Positions 63,055 through 64,000 of a DNA stretch of 64,000 nt are shown one piece after another. Position numbers and translations under genes: made by a program. Source of the stretch: Octopus sinensis (Eukaryota). Every line of letters starts with the position of its first letter. The stretch's first letter is position 1. The notes below the pieces were generated by a model, which saw only the letters and a list, made by a program, of their open reading frames with translations, searched no databases and was not told the DNA's origin. The stretch is from NCBI RefSeq assembly GCF_006345805.1, contig NC_043010.1, positions 38,130,001-38,194,000 of the forward strand, given 5' to 3'.

Positions 63055-63345
63055 GGTGAGGCGCAATGGCCCAGAGGTTAGGGCAGCGGACTTGCGTTCG
63101 GAGGATCGCGGTTTCGATTCCCTGACCGGGTGTTGTGTGTGTTTATTGAGTGAAAATACCTAAAGCTCCACGAGGTGGTGTGGCGACCCCTGTTGTACTT
63201 TCTCTCACTCTTTCTTCCTGTTTCTTGAATAACGCTGCGTTGGACTGGCGTCCCGTCCAGCTGGATGGGGGGAACACATACGCCATAGAAGCCGGGAAAC
63301 CGGGCCCATGAACCTGGCTAGGCTTGAAAAGGGCGCATAAATGAA
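63055..63345 (+). mobile_element. SINE head C + tail III
   Basis: ggtgaggcgcaatggccc head. Tail ggactggcgtcccgtccagctgg...gaaaccggg shared with 24350-24600. Confidence 0.8.
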
Positions 63346-63849
63346 TAAAATTAATTTGACACACTCACCGTTTTCCATTCATTTACTTATTTATTTTAGT
63401 AAAATTTTCGTTGCAACCTTTTTAATAATTGTTGCAAACCGCAACGAAAATTTTAGAAAAATAAGTAAGTATTGTAAATGAATGGAAATTAAATTAAATT
63501 AATAAGGCACAAAAACAGACTGACTCTCCCCAGACGCAATAAAATATGCTTCAACACAGGAATTCACATAAAGAATCTTACAAACCAAATACAACAACGA
63601 AATATCCTTTACACGTTTTCTAAATTTGCAAGTCTTCCAATTAACATTGTTAAATTTAGATTTTGGCGCTTTAAACAGATAGTTTCGTGCTTTCCGTCAC
63701 TCAATTTCAGTCTTAGCAAAATTGCCCGTGCTATGTCTTTAAGATCTCTACGTTCTAGTTTCGAATCCCGCCGAGCTTGATTTGATTTTTATTCTTCCGG
63801 GAGCCATAAAATATTGGATGAATTGACCCCCAGTACTCAGAAATTTTTA

Positions 63850-64000
63850 GATCTTGATACCTACTCTATCGGCCTTTTTTTTGCCGAACCGCTCAGTTAC
63901 GGGGACTTAAACACGCCAACACTGGTTGTCAAGCGATGGTAGGGACAAACATAGACACAAAGACAAACACACACATACACACATATACACACACATATAT
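63850..64000 (-). mobile_element. SINE-A 3' half (runs off the window)
   Basis: gccgaaccgctcagttacggggac...gttgtcaagcgatgg. Confidence 0.75.

Noticed and set aside
4985-63345. tRNA genes
   Set aside because: The A/B-box heads lack complete cloverleaves and continue into SINE bodies.
453-63364. Most ORFs in the six-frame track (poly-IY, CV, HT, MYVC, poly-S/R/L/H etc.)
   Set aside because: They are translations of (TA)n, (CA)n, (TACA)n and trinucleotide microsatellites or of SINE sequence.

Overview
Repeat-dominated, AT-rich animal genomic DNA, most likely intronic or intergenic octopus (coleoid) sequence. The organism is inferred from my recognition of the tRNA-derived SINE families; no search was run. 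No host protein-coding gene can be called with confidence, and almost all ORFs in the track are microsatellite artefacts. Coding transposon remnants: a 5'-truncated Neptune-type Penelope-like element (PLE) with an uninterrupted 540-codon RT-thumb/GIY-YIG ORF and a hammerhead ribozyme (HHR) in its 3' end (26394-30631); a truncated Mag-type Ty3/Gypsy (LTR, PBS, gag, protease; 9925-11519); a Tx1/L1-group LINE 3' end (31700-33020); five R4/Dong-type RLE LINE fragments; and two mariners. Non-coding elements: non-autonomous Helitrons, foldback MITEs, about 45 SINE copies, and a 100-N gap. SINE-A, SINE-B, heads C/D, tails I-IV and P1-P3 are my own working labels. Four signals stand out. (1) R4/Dong fragments repeatedly sit in (TACA)n arrays in one orientation. 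(2) There are many HHR or HHR-like motifs, including a tandem pair 67 nt apart and three diverged non-coding (TA)n-embedded repeat families that share an HHR-core-like motif. (3) SINE-B multimers are bounded by single target-site duplications (TSDs). (4) SINE heads and tails occur in swapped combinations. Repeat coordinates are read by eye and approximate to about 10-20 bp unless single-base positions are quoted.
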